Assembly (NCBI GenBank): GCA_964016885.1
Contig: OZ024741.1
Span: 275,900,001 to 275,964,000, forward strand
Length of the DNA: 64,000 nucleotides
DNA from: Eledone cirrhosa
Taxonomy: Eukaryota
Direction of reading: 5' to 3'
Below the pieces are notes generated by a model. It worked only from the letters and a program-made list of their open reading frames with translations. It was not told where the DNA came from and searched no databases. Below, piece after piece: positions 50,934 through 63,912 of the stretch. Every line of letters starts with the position of its first letter. The first letter of the stretch is position 1. A program made the position numbers and the translations under genes.

Positions 50934-51090
50934 GTGGTGATGGGAATGATGATGATGATGATGATGCTGATAATAATGATAATGATGCACACGATGTTGT
51001 TGATAATGATGTTGATGATATAATGATATATGATGATGATGATAATGGTAATGGTGATGATGATGATGATGATGATGATGATGACTATAA
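50812..51090. repeat. (GAT)n microsatellite
   Basis: Direct inspection. Confidence 0.95.
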
Positions 51091-51199
51091 CGATATGCAA
51101 ATTAGAATTAGACAATTTTGTGATCAGGAGAACCAGAGAGGACTAGAAGAATCTATGAAAGTAACACAGCACTGGAATAGTTATGTTCTGAAATCATCC

Positions 51200-52310
51200 T
51201 TGCTTTTCATCTTACCAAGGTGGATAAGGTATGGTACCAGTTAAGTACTGGGGTTGATATAATCAACTTCACATCTTTCCTTAAATTGCAGGCCTTGTGC
51301 CTAAATTAGAAACCATTATCATTAGAGTATTTTAACTGATAAATAAAACATTTCATTTATATTGTTATTAGTATTATTAAGGGCGGTGGATTGGCAGTAT
51401 CAGTAGAGGGTCGGACGCCATGCTTTCCAGCATAGTTACGTCCCTTTACGATCTGAGTTCAAATCCCGCCGAGGTTGACTTTGCCTTTCATCCTTACGGG
51501 GTCGATAAAATAAAGTACCAGTAATGCACTGGGTAATTTGCTGGCCTTGTGCCAAAAGTAGAAACAATTATTAAGGGCACCATGCTTTGAAACATAGAGC
51601 TACCTCCCTTTATGATCTGAGTTCAAATCCCGCCGAGGTTAACTTTACCTTTCCTCCTTACGGGGTCGATGAAATAAAGTACCAGTAATGCACTGAGATA
51701 ATTGCTGGCCATGTGCTAAAAGTAGAAACAATTATTATTATTAAGAGCGGCAGATTGGCAGTAATTGGTAGAGTGTCGGACACCATGCTTTGCTGCATAG
51801 AGTTATGGCCCTTTACGTTCTGAGATCAAATTCCACCGAGGTTAGCTTTGCCTTTCATCCTTACAAGGTCGATAAAATAAAGTACCAATCAAACACTGGG
51901 GTCGATTTAATCGACTTTCCCCTGTCCCCAAAATTGTTGGCCTTGTGCCTATAGTAAAAACAATTAATGGCGGTAGATTGGCAGTATCGGTAGAGCATCA
52001 TACACCATGCTTTGCAGCATAGAGTTATGGCTCTTTACATTCAGAGTTCAAATCCCGCCAAGGTTAACTTTGCCTTTCATCCTTACGGGGTCGATAAAAT
52101 AAAGTACCAGTAATATACTGGGTAATTGCTGGCCTTGTGCCAAAAGTAGAAACAATTATTATTATTACATTCTAAGTTCAAGTCACACTAAAGTCAACTT
52201 TGCCTTTCATCCTTTTAGGGTTGATGAAATAAAGTACCAGTAATGACCTGGGGTCGATTTAATAGAATTTCCTCTTCCTAAGGTAGCCTTCTGCCCAAAT
52301 TTGAAACAAT
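51200..52310 (+). mobile_element. Head-to-tail cluster of about seven Nin/Deu-like SINE copies and fragments
   Basis: Repeated gagttcaaatccc...ggggtcgataaaataaagtaccag...gtagaaacaattatt units. Confidence 0.88.
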
Positions 52311-52496
52311 TAATAACAATAATATTGTGAAATCTTCTCAATTCAAAGGTACAACAGTGTAGTCTAAAATAAGAAAATACATAAGGTACACATCACAGTT
52401 TTAATATGTATACATCTATATGTATTGTGTGTGTGTGTATATGTATATATATATATATATATATTAGTATACGGTGAAATACGGTGAAAGCTATTC

Positions 52497-52556
<60 letters not shown>

Positions 52557-52585
52557 TATACGGTGAAATACGGTGAAAGCTATTC

Positions 52586-52619
<34 letters not shown>

Positions 52620-52642
<23 letters not shown>

Positions 52643-53018
52643 CACACACACAATACATATGGATGTATACTTATATGTAATATATGTATATACTTACACA
52701 CACACACACACACACACAGATATATATATATATATATATAAAGTAAGTATGTTTTGAAACAGTGAGCAGGTTTGAAATTAGAAAATAGAATAGCTTTCAC
52801 CGTATTTTTGACTAAAAGAATTTTAGCCTGATAATGGGGTTTAGAACCCTCAGATAAATGGAAAAAGATGAGTATAGACGTACGTCAATACTCATCTTTT
52901 TCCATTTATCTGAGGGTTCTAAACCCCATTATCAGGCTAAAATTCTTTTAGTCAAAAATACGGTGAAAGCTATTCTATTTTCTAATTTCAAACCTGCTCA
53001 CTGTTTCAAAACATACTT

Positions 53019-53071
<53 letters not shown>

Positions 53072-53146
53072 GTGTGTGTGTGTGTGTGTGTGTAAGTATA
53101 TACATATATTACATATAAGTATACATCCATATGTATTGTGTGTGTG

Positions 53147-53160
<14 letters not shown>
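52620..53160. repeat. Large near-perfect palindrome centred at 52881/52882
   Basis: Unique arms 52741-52876 and 52887-53022, with symmetry continuing through the flanking (TA)n/(CA)n. Confidence 0.9.
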
Positions 53161-53237
<77 letters not shown>

Positions 53238-53671
53238 ATATATATATATTACATATATGTATGTGTGCATGTATATATATATGTATACATATATGCATAT
53301 ATATGTATATATATATATATATGTATATATATGTATGTGTATATATGTAAAGAGATGAGAAATGACTGCAACAAGTGGTGAGAAACTGTGTGGGAGAAGA
53401 CTTATCCAACCCACACAGATTCAGTTACTCTGCAATCAAATATATATAATATAGTTTATCACAGACAAGGCTAGGGTTTCTGAGTATATATATATATATA
53501 CACACACATACATATATAGAATATGCATATATGGTTATATATATATATATATGTAAATGCATATTACATATATATATGTATCTATATATAAGCATATGTA
53601 CACATATATAAACACATACATATATATATATATATATATGTACATATATACATATATACATATATATATGT

Positions 53672-53757
<86 letters not shown>

Positions 53758-53779
53758 TTGTCAATTAATTTATTTGTCC

Positions 53780-54054
53780 TACCACACCATCCGCCCCGTC
53801 CACACCATCCGCCTCGTCCACCCCATCCACCCCATCCACCCCACCCCACCCCATCCACTCCATCCGCCCCATCCACCCCATCCACTCCATCCGCCCCGTC
53901 CACCCCATCTGCCCCATCCACGACATCCACCCCATCCACGACATCCGCCCCATCCACCCCATCCACCCCATCCGCCCCGTCCACCCCATCCACCCCATCC
54001 ACCCTATCCACACCATCCGCCCCGTCCACCCCATCCACCCCATCCACCCCATAC
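53780..54054. repeat. 9-bp (ccaccccat)n repeat
   Basis: Direct inspection; G-run rich on the minus strand. Confidence 0.9.
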
Positions 54055-54179
54055 ACCAACAAATGAATGCGGACTTGTGGCTTTCTTCCATTTCGGTGAA
54101 ACAAAAAGAAATTTCGACAGATATGACGCCAGATGCGACTGCACAGTCTCCATCACTGCATTCCAACTGCGTCTCTGCC
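54055..54179 (-). CDS. Candidate exon of an unidentified gene
   Basis: Acceptor ttctttcttacag|, donor |gtatgg, non-repetitive; open frame [41 protein letters not shown] (a second frame is also open). Confidence 0.35.
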
Positions 54180-54499
54180 CTGTAAGAAAGAACAACACAA
54201 ACCACACACCACGTCTATTTGACCAGGAGCTGGTTTCTATCGCCACCATAATCTCCACCATCCCCCCACCCCCCACCAGTACCCTAAATCTTGAACAGCC
54301 GCCTTCCCAATCCCAGCCTCAGACAATAGTCGTTAGATGTGATAAGTGGTAGAATTATATTATATACAACAATAACTGCAACGTCTGTGAAGGGTCTTTA
54401 GCTCAAATAATATGATGTTGTACCATCATCGTCATCATCATCATCACCATAATCATCATGATTGTCATCATCGTTGCCATTATCATCATCATCATTGTC

Positions 54500-54870
54500 A
54501 GCCCCTTATATCAACAAAACACTATGTACAGTCTTTGGTGCCTTCCATCAAGGAAACACTATGTACAACCTAATTTTGTAAGTGTGTTGGTCCCTTACAT
54601 CAACAAAACACTATGGCCAGCCTAACTTTATAGGTGTTTTGGCCTCTTCCATCAAGGATACACTATGTAGAACCTAACTCTGTAGATGTTTGGTCCCTTC
54701 CATCAAGGAAACACTATGTATAACCTAACTTTGTAAGTGTTTTGGCCCCTTACATCAACAAAACACTATAGCCAGGCTAACTCACTAGGTGTTTTGGTCC
54801 CATCCATCAAGGAAACGCTGTGGCCAGCCTAACTCTGTAGGTCTTTTGGTCCCTTCCATCAATGAAATAT
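54500..54870. repeat. ~52-bp minisatellite with alternating variants
   Basis: ccttccatcaaggaaacactatgt and ccttacatcaacaaaacactatgg units. Confidence 0.85.
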
Positions 54871-55857
54871 CATGTCAAGCTGATTGATTGCTGTGAACAT
54901 ACATACCAAAACATATGGATGAATGACATACTGTCCAAAGGGAATGTCTTGTGCAATACTGCTAAATCATGATCATTTACCCTAACAATACAAACAGATG
55001 TATAATGATTCACTGAACAGGGTGTATAGAAAAGGGTGTATAGAGCAGGGTGTATAGTGATTCATAGAGCAATGTGTATAAACAGGTAAGTAGTATTAGT
55101 AGTAGATCAACTAAACCATTTATACCTTTTCACCATTTCTTTATTTCTACACATAGTTGTTAAAGATGACATTAGCCCTTTAGTGTTTGCATTACTCTAT
55201 ATTTCTTTTATATTTTCATGGCAAACACTTTACCTCACATAATAACAAATCTATGAGATTTTGATGTTATTTATTTTGAGAACAATGCCTTAATATAAGT
55301 ATGAGCAGCTGGTTACAGCTGGTTTGATCAGAAAGAGGTGAGAGAATTTTAGCCAAATATGGCCAATTTAAATGCTAAAGGGTTAAGATACACACTGTTG
55401 ATAAAAGCACAGAAAGGGATTTAATAGACTGAAATATTTCATATATAACAGTCCATATGATATACTGAACATACAGTAATATGAAATGTCACCACCCTAC
55501 TTTAATACTTTTAATACCAAATTGCCTGAAATACCCCTGGTCCTAAGATACAAAGCTGTTTGTTTTAAATTGTTTATATATATCTCAAAACCTTAAGTGA
55601 AACCACTCCTGGTTCTATGATACAAGGCCGTTTGTTTTAAGCTGTTTATATATATCTCAAAACCTTAGGGTATAATTTTATATAGGGACATTTGTTAAGT
55701 TATGTTCCAGACAATGTGAAAGTTTGTAGGTAACATTACTAAATCCCTTCAAATTCATAATTATTTTTCAAAGTTCTTTGAAAATCATTGGCAGTATCTT
55801 TCATTAGAAATGTGGTAATGAAATGGTTAATGACAAAATATTTTAAAATAGACATAC

Positions 55858-55974
55858 TGTATTGATACAGGTGATAATTGCAAAAAGGTATATTGTATTG
55901 TCGCAGATGAAAGCTTGTCCCATTTTCTGGGGACATCGCATTCTCACAAATATCTCCTCTCTTTCAAAAGTCTG
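55858..55974 (-). CDS. Candidate exon of an unidentified gene
   Basis: Strong acceptor tttctcttttattttgtag|cag and donor |gtatgt; reading frame ambiguous. Confidence 0.3.
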
Positions 55975-56271
55975 CTACAAAATAAAAGAGAAATTCATGA
56001 CATGTGAAATAAATATAAAATATAAATTATCAATATCTTGTTTGTTGTTGCTGTTTCTTTCAATATTGTTAATGAAACAATCCTTATGATGTGTGGTTGT
56101 CACACTTGGTGGTGAATTGATGGTCGTTTTTGTTTTTGTTTTTGCTTCCCCCTTTTTTTCTTTTTTTCTTCTCATTTATGCATTTATATTTGTGTTTATC
56201 AATGACATTATATTTGTAATGTTATTCTGAAAGAATTGTGATCAATTTGTAATGTTATTTATGTATATAAC

Positions 56272-56505
56272 AAACTACCTGCATCAGTTGTTAAATGTCA
56301 GGACACTGCATCTTCCAAAACTTGCATTCTTCCCGAAATTTGCGAACACTACACCTGATATTCTCCCTCCTTACACATGCACGCATGTGTGTATATCATG
56401 ACTTGACACTGTTCACTTTCCTGATATTTGTACATTATTCTATGTACGCTCCATGCACCTTTGATGAGTTGTAGAGCACCTGAGCACTGTACATAATAAT
56501 TTTCA
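56272..56505 (+). mobile_element. CR1-like LINE 3' end
   Basis: KLPASVV-like remnant plus a 3' UTR homologous (inverted) to 56815-57075. Confidence 0.65.
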
Positions 56506-56507
56506 TT

Positions 56508-56690
56508 TGGATTGGCAGTATTGGTAGAGGGTTGGACGCCATGCTTTCCAGCATATAGTTACGTCTCTTTACGGATTGAGTTCAAATCCTGCCAAGGTTA
56601 ACTTTTCCTTACGGGGTCGATAAAAGACCAGTAATGTAGTGGAAAATTGCTGGCCTTGTGCTAAAAGTAGAAACAATTATTATTATTATA
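56508..56690 (+). mobile_element. Nin/Deu-like SINE
   Basis: Same family as 51381-51570. Confidence 0.8.
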
Positions 56691-56814
56691 TTATTTAATA
56701 AAAAATATAATCATAAATCTGGTTCTACTACAAATACTGAAGACCTGTATACATTAATTAACAAAATGTTGTTCATATAATTAATTGTCAGAGACATTAG
56801 AGGATATTTGTGGT

Positions 56815-57245
56815 ATTCATAACAATAATAATGAAAATTATTGTGTAGAGTGTTCAGGTGCACTACAACTCATCAAATATGCATGTATAGTATATAGAAT
56901 AATATACAAATGTCAGGAAAGTGAACAGTGTATGAGTCATGATATACATACAGATACATGTATGTGTGAATGGAGAGGGAATATCAGGTGTAGTGTTGGC
57001 AAATTTCAGAAAGCATGGAGGTATTAAAGGATGCAGTGTTCCAACAGCTAACAACTGATGCAGGTAGTTTGCTCCATGCTTCAGCAACTCTGAGCGTGAA
57101 AAATGTTTCCAAAAGTCATGGGAGCTGTACTGTTTTCTGACTTTGAAAACATGTCCACAGTTGTTAGACATATGGAATTGAAAAAGGTGCTCAGGGTTGT
57201 TGTTGGAAAGATGGGTAATAATTTTGTGAGTGTCTAGCAAGTCAG
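56815..57245 (-). mobile_element. CR1-like LINE 3' end
   Basis: PEHLFQFHMSNNCGHVFKVRKQYSSHDFWKHF resembles the CR1 ORF2 C-terminal TRGH..K..K...RKHFF motif. Confidence 0.7.
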
Positions 57246-57354
57246 AGAGTTCTGAGTTCAAATCCTACCAGGATCAACTTTGTCTTTGATTCTTCCAGGC
57301 ACTAGATGAATACAAAACCAACCTAAAACTTCAATTGATTTTTTTTCTCCATTA

Positions 57355-57528
57355 GTAGGAGTATAGGATGACTAAGAAAGACCTGAGCAGAGTTTGTGAG
57401 ACCTGACCTCAAATCGCTAAGACTGGCAGAAGAGATGGCGAAGGAACAGGACAAGTGGAGAGATACCATGCTGAGAAAGACACATCCAACCCATGCATTC
57501 GAGGAAAAAACGGACGTAAAAGTGATGA
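57355..57528 (+). mobile_element. RTE LINE 3' end fragment
   Basis: DLKSLRLAEEMAKEQDKWRDTMLRKTHPTHAFEEKTDVK. Confidence 0.8.
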
Positions 57529-57599
57529 TATTCTTTCTTTCAGATTTGGCTATGTTGGTTGATCTGTTGGCTGCTGTGTTGGTGAGCTGGGATACATAT

Positions 57600-57726
57600 A
57601 TCATCATCATCATCATCATCATTTTACATCCGCTTTTCCCTGCTTGCAAGGGTAGAAGGGGAACTGATTCTGGCTTCTTGATTTCTACAGCTGGATGCCC
57701 TTCCTAACACCAACCTCATTTACACA

Positions 57727-57776
<50 letters not shown>

Positions 57777-57900
57777 TGTGTAAATGAGGTTGGGGTTAGG
57801 AAGGGCATCCAGCTGTAGAAATCAAGCCAGAATCAGTTCCCGTCCCACCCTTGCAAGCAGGGAAAAAGCGGATGTAAAATGAAATGATGATGATGATGAT
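57600..57900. mobile_element. Inverted pair of SINE/RTE 3' ends around a central (TA)n
   Basis: 57600-57730 (-) and 57773-57900 (+) are near reverse complements truncated at the same nucleotide. Confidence 0.85.
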
Positions 57901-58084
57901 ATATATATATGTTGGTGTGTGGAGGTGACTGGAGGGGGGGGGGGGGGGAGAAGGGCAATATACAACACAAGTTCACACACACATCTTCACCCTCATCGGC
58001 TCTCGGACCAGCAAGATGGTTTTGCATGATTTAATTGAGAGTACCATTATAAAATGCTCGATCGTGCAACAGAAAAGTGGATCT

Positions 58085-58460
58085 TTATGTTGGTGTGATG
58101 TGTGTGTGATGTGTGTGTGATCGAGATGAAGCGATGTTGGTGTGATGTGTTGTTGGTGTGATGTGTGTGTGATGTGTGTGTGATCGAGATGAAGCGATGT
58201 TGGTGTGATGTGTGTGTGATGTGTGTGTGATCAAGATGAAGCGATGTTGGTGTGATGTGTGTGTGATGTGTGTGTGATGTGTGTGTGATCGAGATGAAGC
58301 GATGTTGGTGTGATGTGTGTGTGATGTGTGTGTGATCGAGATGAAGCAATGTTGGTGTGATGTGTGTGTGATGTGTGTGTGATCGAGATGAAGCGATGTT
58401 GGTGTGATGTGTTGTTGGTGTGATGTGTGTGTGATGTGTGTGTGATCGAGATGAAGCGAG
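58085..58460. repeat. ~47-bp minisatellite (gatcgagatgaagcgatgttggtgtgatgtgtgtgt...)
   Basis: Direct inspection. Confidence 0.9.
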
Positions 58461-58906
58461 AGTATATTTTAACAGCTGTTCTAGCGATGAGTTTTCTCAT
58501 TTTTCTATGAATTGAAATATGCTCTGTTTCCATCTTGATCCGGGACAACAATGCCTATACATCATAGCTGTGATTACCTTTCTATTTAGCACAGACACCA
58601 CAGCTTGAGGTCTAGTATCCTGTTATTTTCGTATCTTTGTCTTCTTTTGTCCTTCTATCTTTATTTTATCAGACACACGTCGTGCCGGTGAAAGGATTTG
58701 TTTTTCTGTTGCACGATCCAGCAATTGTGTGAAACAATATTGATGGTTCGGGGCTGGTGGGGGTGAGGATGTGTGTGTGTGTGTGTAGATTTGTCTTGTA
58801 TGTCATTTTTCTCTGTTTCCTTCCTCGGGTCACCTCTATGTGCCAGCACACTTCCGCTCGTCAAACCTCCTCTCCCAATCATTTCTATATTTTTTATCTG
58901 CCTGTC

Positions 58907-58943
<37 letters not shown>

Positions 58944-59045
58944 TGTGTGTGTATATGTGTATATATGTATGTATATGTGTGTATATATATATGTGTATAT
59001 ATGTATATGTGTGTATGTATATATGTGTATATATGTATGTGAGTA

Positions 59046-59090
<45 letters not shown>

Positions 59091-59242
59091 ATATGTGTAT
59101 GTATATATGTGTATATATATATGTGTATATATATATACATATATATGTGTGTATATGTGTATATAGGTGTTTACATATATGTGTGTATATATGTATATAT
59201 ATATATATACATGTGTATGTGTGTATATGTGTATATATGTGT

Positions 59243-60935
59243 ATCATCATCATCGTTTAACGTCTATCTTCCACGCTAGCATGGGTTTGAACGGGAGTTT
59301 TCCCACTTGAGGCAAGAGTGGTTGTCTTGCTCACATAGGACTGTCTGGCAGGTTTTCTACAGCTGGATGCCCTTCCTAACACCAACCACGTTTACAATGT
59401 GGACTGGGAGGTTTTTACCGTGTTACCTACACGGCCACATTACAGCGTGGGCTGTGTGTTTTTTTGTCGTGACACCTACACAACCTCATTTATTTAGAAC
59501 TGGATGTTGTGGTACCAACATAACTTTACAGAGAAAGGGGTGGTGTTGATGGGGGTGGGGTTGAGTTGAGGTAGTGGGATGGGGGTGTATATTTGATTAA
59601 GAGGTGCCTACTGACTGTAGGTTTCGCTTTGTACTTAGGCAAGGCGGGTCTTCTGTATTACTGCATAGCGCCAAAGATCTCGGTCCAGTGACATTGTCTT
59701 AGAGAGGTGCAAGTGTGTAAGGTCAGAATTTATCAAATCGTCCCAGGTTGTTCTGGGTCTGCCTACTCCGTAACTTCCGTCAATTTTGATTGCTCTGCAC
59801 TTTTTTATACAGCTGTCGTCTTTCATGTGCATCACATGACCATACCAACGTAGTCTTCTCTCGAGTAAACAGCATCTGATCCCTCTTTTTCCTAATTTCT
59901 CACTTAGTTCATTTATGCTTTGCTGTTCACGTATATTACTATTACACATCCAACGGAGCATGCATGCTTCGTTCCTCTGCCGTCTGCGCAGATCCTCTGC
60001 ACACAATGCTCATGTCTCACTGCCATGTAACATTGCTGTTCGTATGCAGGCATCATACAGTCTTCCTTTTATTTTTAGAGAGAAACCTTTAGCGACCAAT
60101 AGTGGTATAAGCTCTCTGAACTTTTTCCATCCCGTTCTGACTCTGGCTACTGTACTTTCAGAGCACCCTCCACCACTGCTGATTTTTCACCCAGGTAACC
60201 GAAGGTGTCCACTATTTCTATAGAGCCATCTCGGCAATAGAAGGAGCTAGTATCCTGTGGGCACTTGCTACTACTTATTGCACCTGAGCACCGGCCACAT
60301 ATAAAATCTACGTTCTTAGATAGCTTACCTGTGATCCCACTACATCTTTTATGCACCCATACTTTGCATTTGGGACATAGAATGGAATTTCTGCATACTC
60401 CTTTCCTACACACTGAGCATGGCCATTTCCCAGAGGGGACCTGTGCCTTATTTTCCTTCCTATACTAGAACTTTAGTCTTAGACAAGTTAACTTTAAGGC
60501 CTTTTGATTCTAGGCCATGCTTCCATGTTTGGAATTTCTTCTCTAGTTCAGCCATAGATTCAGCTATGAGCGTTAGATCATCTGCATAGAGAAGTTCCTA
60601 TGGGCAGCCGGTCTTGAACTCCTATGTTATAGCCTGAAGGGCAATAATAAATAGGAGGGGGCTAAGGACAGAGCCCTGATGAACACCAACTTTTACGCTA
60701 AATTCTTCACTAAATTCATTATTAATTCTAACCATTCATCAACCCCTAGTTTTCTAAGGGCCCACCAGATAATGGCACGGGAGACTCTGTCAAGTCAACA
60801 AAAGCTAAGTACAGGGGTTCACTTTTAGCTAGGTAATTCCCCTGTAGTTGTCGTACAAGGAAAAGGGCGTCTGTGGTACTTTTACCTGACACAAACCCAA
60901 ACTGCATTTTGTCTAGATCAATTTGCTCTCTGATT
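59243..60935 (-). mobile_element. RTE LINE family A, 5'-truncated and decayed
   Basis: ORFs 59635-60006 and 60147-60413 and the tail of 60746-61477 ([15 protein letters not shown]); both ends sit in TA/TG microsatellite. Confidence 0.95.
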
Positions 60936-60938
60936 GTG

Positions 60939-60987
<49 letters not shown>

Positions 60988-61380
60988 GTATATATGTGTA
61001 TATATGTATATATATATGTGTGTGTATATGTATGTATATATATACGTATATATATGTGTATGTGTGTATATATATACATATATATGTGTGTGTGTATATA
61101 TGTATGTGTGTATATATATGTATATATATATACATATATGTGTGTATATGTGTATGTATGTATATGTGTATGTGTGTGTATGTGTATGTATATATATGTG
61201 TATGTATATGCATATATGTGTGTATGTGTGTGTATGTATGTATATATATACATATTTGTGTGTATATGTGTATGTATGTATATGTGTATGTGTGTGTATG
61301 TGTATGTATATATATATATACATATATATATGTATATATGTGTGTGTATGTGTGTGTATGTATGTATATATACATATATA

Positions 61381-61434
<54 letters not shown>

Positions 61435-62494
61435 TACACTTTCTCTCGACTGACCTCTTCCTCACACTTCCACTCACTCACTGTTTCTCCCCTTCTCACT
61501 TCCTCCCATTTGGCTTGTAGTGGGTCTCTTCTTGCTTACATCTCACACACATCGGACGGTCTGTACCTCTCTCGCTCATGAAATCCACCCAGCTTATGCT
61601 GACCGTACAACCATGTTGCTTGTTTATTTTCCTATCTTCGGTTTGCTTTTATCCTTCTATGTTGTTTACTTGTCCCCCTCGCCTTACGCGATTTACTGGT
61701 CCCAATAACTTTTTTTAGTTATTGCTTGCACCAACCTGAGGTATCTGATTTTTAATGCGTTGAAATACCAATGATGGTTGGAAAATCACTGACGAAGGAC
61801 TATTTTTATCATATGTAACCCATGTGCAACCATGCAGTATTCTTCTTACTTCTCATGTTTTTTCTATATATATATATGTGTGTATGTGTGTGTATATATA
61901 TCTGTTAGAACACGAAAAGTGTGAAACAACAGAATGTTCACTTTTCGTGTTCTAACATATATGCGTAGCTTCTTAAAAAATTTTTCGGGGATAGCCGTGG
62001 TGGTGGTGATCGTATGTCATTGGCTAATTTTCAACCAATCAGAGTACCTCTCTCTATATCTCTTCCACTGTTACTTACGCCTGTTTCTCTCTATCTGTTC
62101 CGTCTCTATATATATCTCTTACTCTTTCGCTTTGCACTCCTCCCCTTCAATACCATCTCTCCCCCTCTCTATATATTTGTTACTCTATCGCTGCACGCTC
62201 CTCTCCTTCAATATATCAATTACACACGCTTTACACTCCTTTATCCCCAGCGCCCTATATATACACCCCCCCCTCTCCCGCATCTATATTTTAATGTACC
62301 GTTGCACCGTGAATATATGTGTCTATATATATATACATATATATTGTATATACACATTCATGTATGTGTATACACACTCATGTATGTATATACACTGGTT
62401 TTATGTGTGTATTGTAAATTTGTACTGTTAAAACACGAAACTAACATTCGATTGACACTTTGATTACCTGTACAGGCAATAGTTATTAGAATGC

Positions 62495-62533
62495 TGTTGA
62501 AGTGTGTATATATTTTTGGGGGACATCCTGTAT
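62495..62533. mobile_element. Solitary Tc1/mariner-like terminal repeat
   Basis: Reverse complement reads TA-caggatgtcccccaaaaa, similar to mariner CAGGGTGTCCC ends; no partner TIR or transposase seen. Confidence 0.4.
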
Positions 62534-63314
62534 ATACACACATTATATATAATACAATAAACAGATAAATACACACATATATATATGAGCTTATTTAATT
62601 ATAAATATTGTGAATTTTTAACTCAGTTCAATTATATATATAAATGGTTTCTACAGGACTAGAACTGTTTCATTCGAAAGAAATCATCATAATATTGAGA
62701 GGGGGGACTAGATAAAATATTTCAAATCAAATGTGTATAAGTTATAAGTTAAAATGTATAAATAGAGACGATAGTGGAGGTATATCTGTTTAGTGGAACA
62801 GTAGACGATAGAATTAAATACAGACGAGAATCTCCCTTTAATGAAACAGCAGACGATAGAATTAAGGCAATTTAAATTTTAAGCATTTGCATTTTTGCCT
62901 TTCATCGTTACGGGGTCGATAAAATAAAGTACCAGTAATACACTGTCACTAGACGACTTTCAAATTGAATTGTTGGTTCCATTTCTTTAGTATTTTCAAT
63001 TGTAGTTATCTACTTAAAAAGCGTTACACGGTTAGAGACATAATTCGTAAGTTATATCTTCCCTATTAAACCATTGCATTATTTCGCCTACAATAGAACA
63101 AAAATGAAATGTTCTTTAAAGAAACAGGAATATAACTTTATAAAAAAAAAAGTTGCATCCGCTTCTTTTATCATTGATAATTTTTTCGTTTTAATATTAA
63201 TTGTTTTTTGTAGTTGTTTATATTAAAAATCTTACTGTAATATTTACTTAAACGAAGGCAAACATCTAAACTTATAGATTAATCTTGAGCGAAGGACTAG
63301 ATAAATCTCTCTCC

Positions 63315-63345
<31 letters not shown>

Positions 63346-63737
63346 AACGAAGAATGATAAAATTTCAAGCAAAGAGTTTAATTAGGTATATTTTGTAATA
63401 TTATTAACTAATTATTATAATTAACGCGCATATTTTGCTATCCTCAAACACGTTTACACATGGCATGAAATATAACTAATCCGAGATGGCTAGGTTTCAT
63501 CTTCTAACTGGATATACGAAATCCATTATGTCTTGACAACAACATGAGGTAACATTATGTTATTCACAGACACACTTTGTACACTGTTCCATATCAGAAT
63601 GTATTTCCTTCGTCACATTCACAAACAGTATTGAAAATATGTTCTTCGGCAAATAAAAATGTTTTGTTCATAATATTTCAACTAGCGATTGCTCTACTCC
63701 ACGCACGACCACCATAAATTAATGACCAGCTCAACAC

Positions 63738-63912
63738 AAGTATTGGTAGAGCGTCAGACACCATGCTTTGCAGTATTGTTATGGTCCTTTGCATTCTAAG
63801 TTCAAATCCTGCCGAGGTTAACTTCGACTTTCATACTTACTAATTCGATAAAATAAAGTACCAGTAATGGACTGCCGTAATGGATTTGTGCCGAAAAATA
63901 GAAACACTATTA
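63738..63912 (+). mobile_element. Degenerate Nin/Deu-like SINE
   Basis: Same family as 51381-51570; an additional fragment lies at ~62890-62945. Confidence 0.75.

Noticed and set aside
51381-51475. tRNA genes suggested by A/B-box motifs
   Set aside because: They continue into a SINE body and tail and do not form a cloverleaf.
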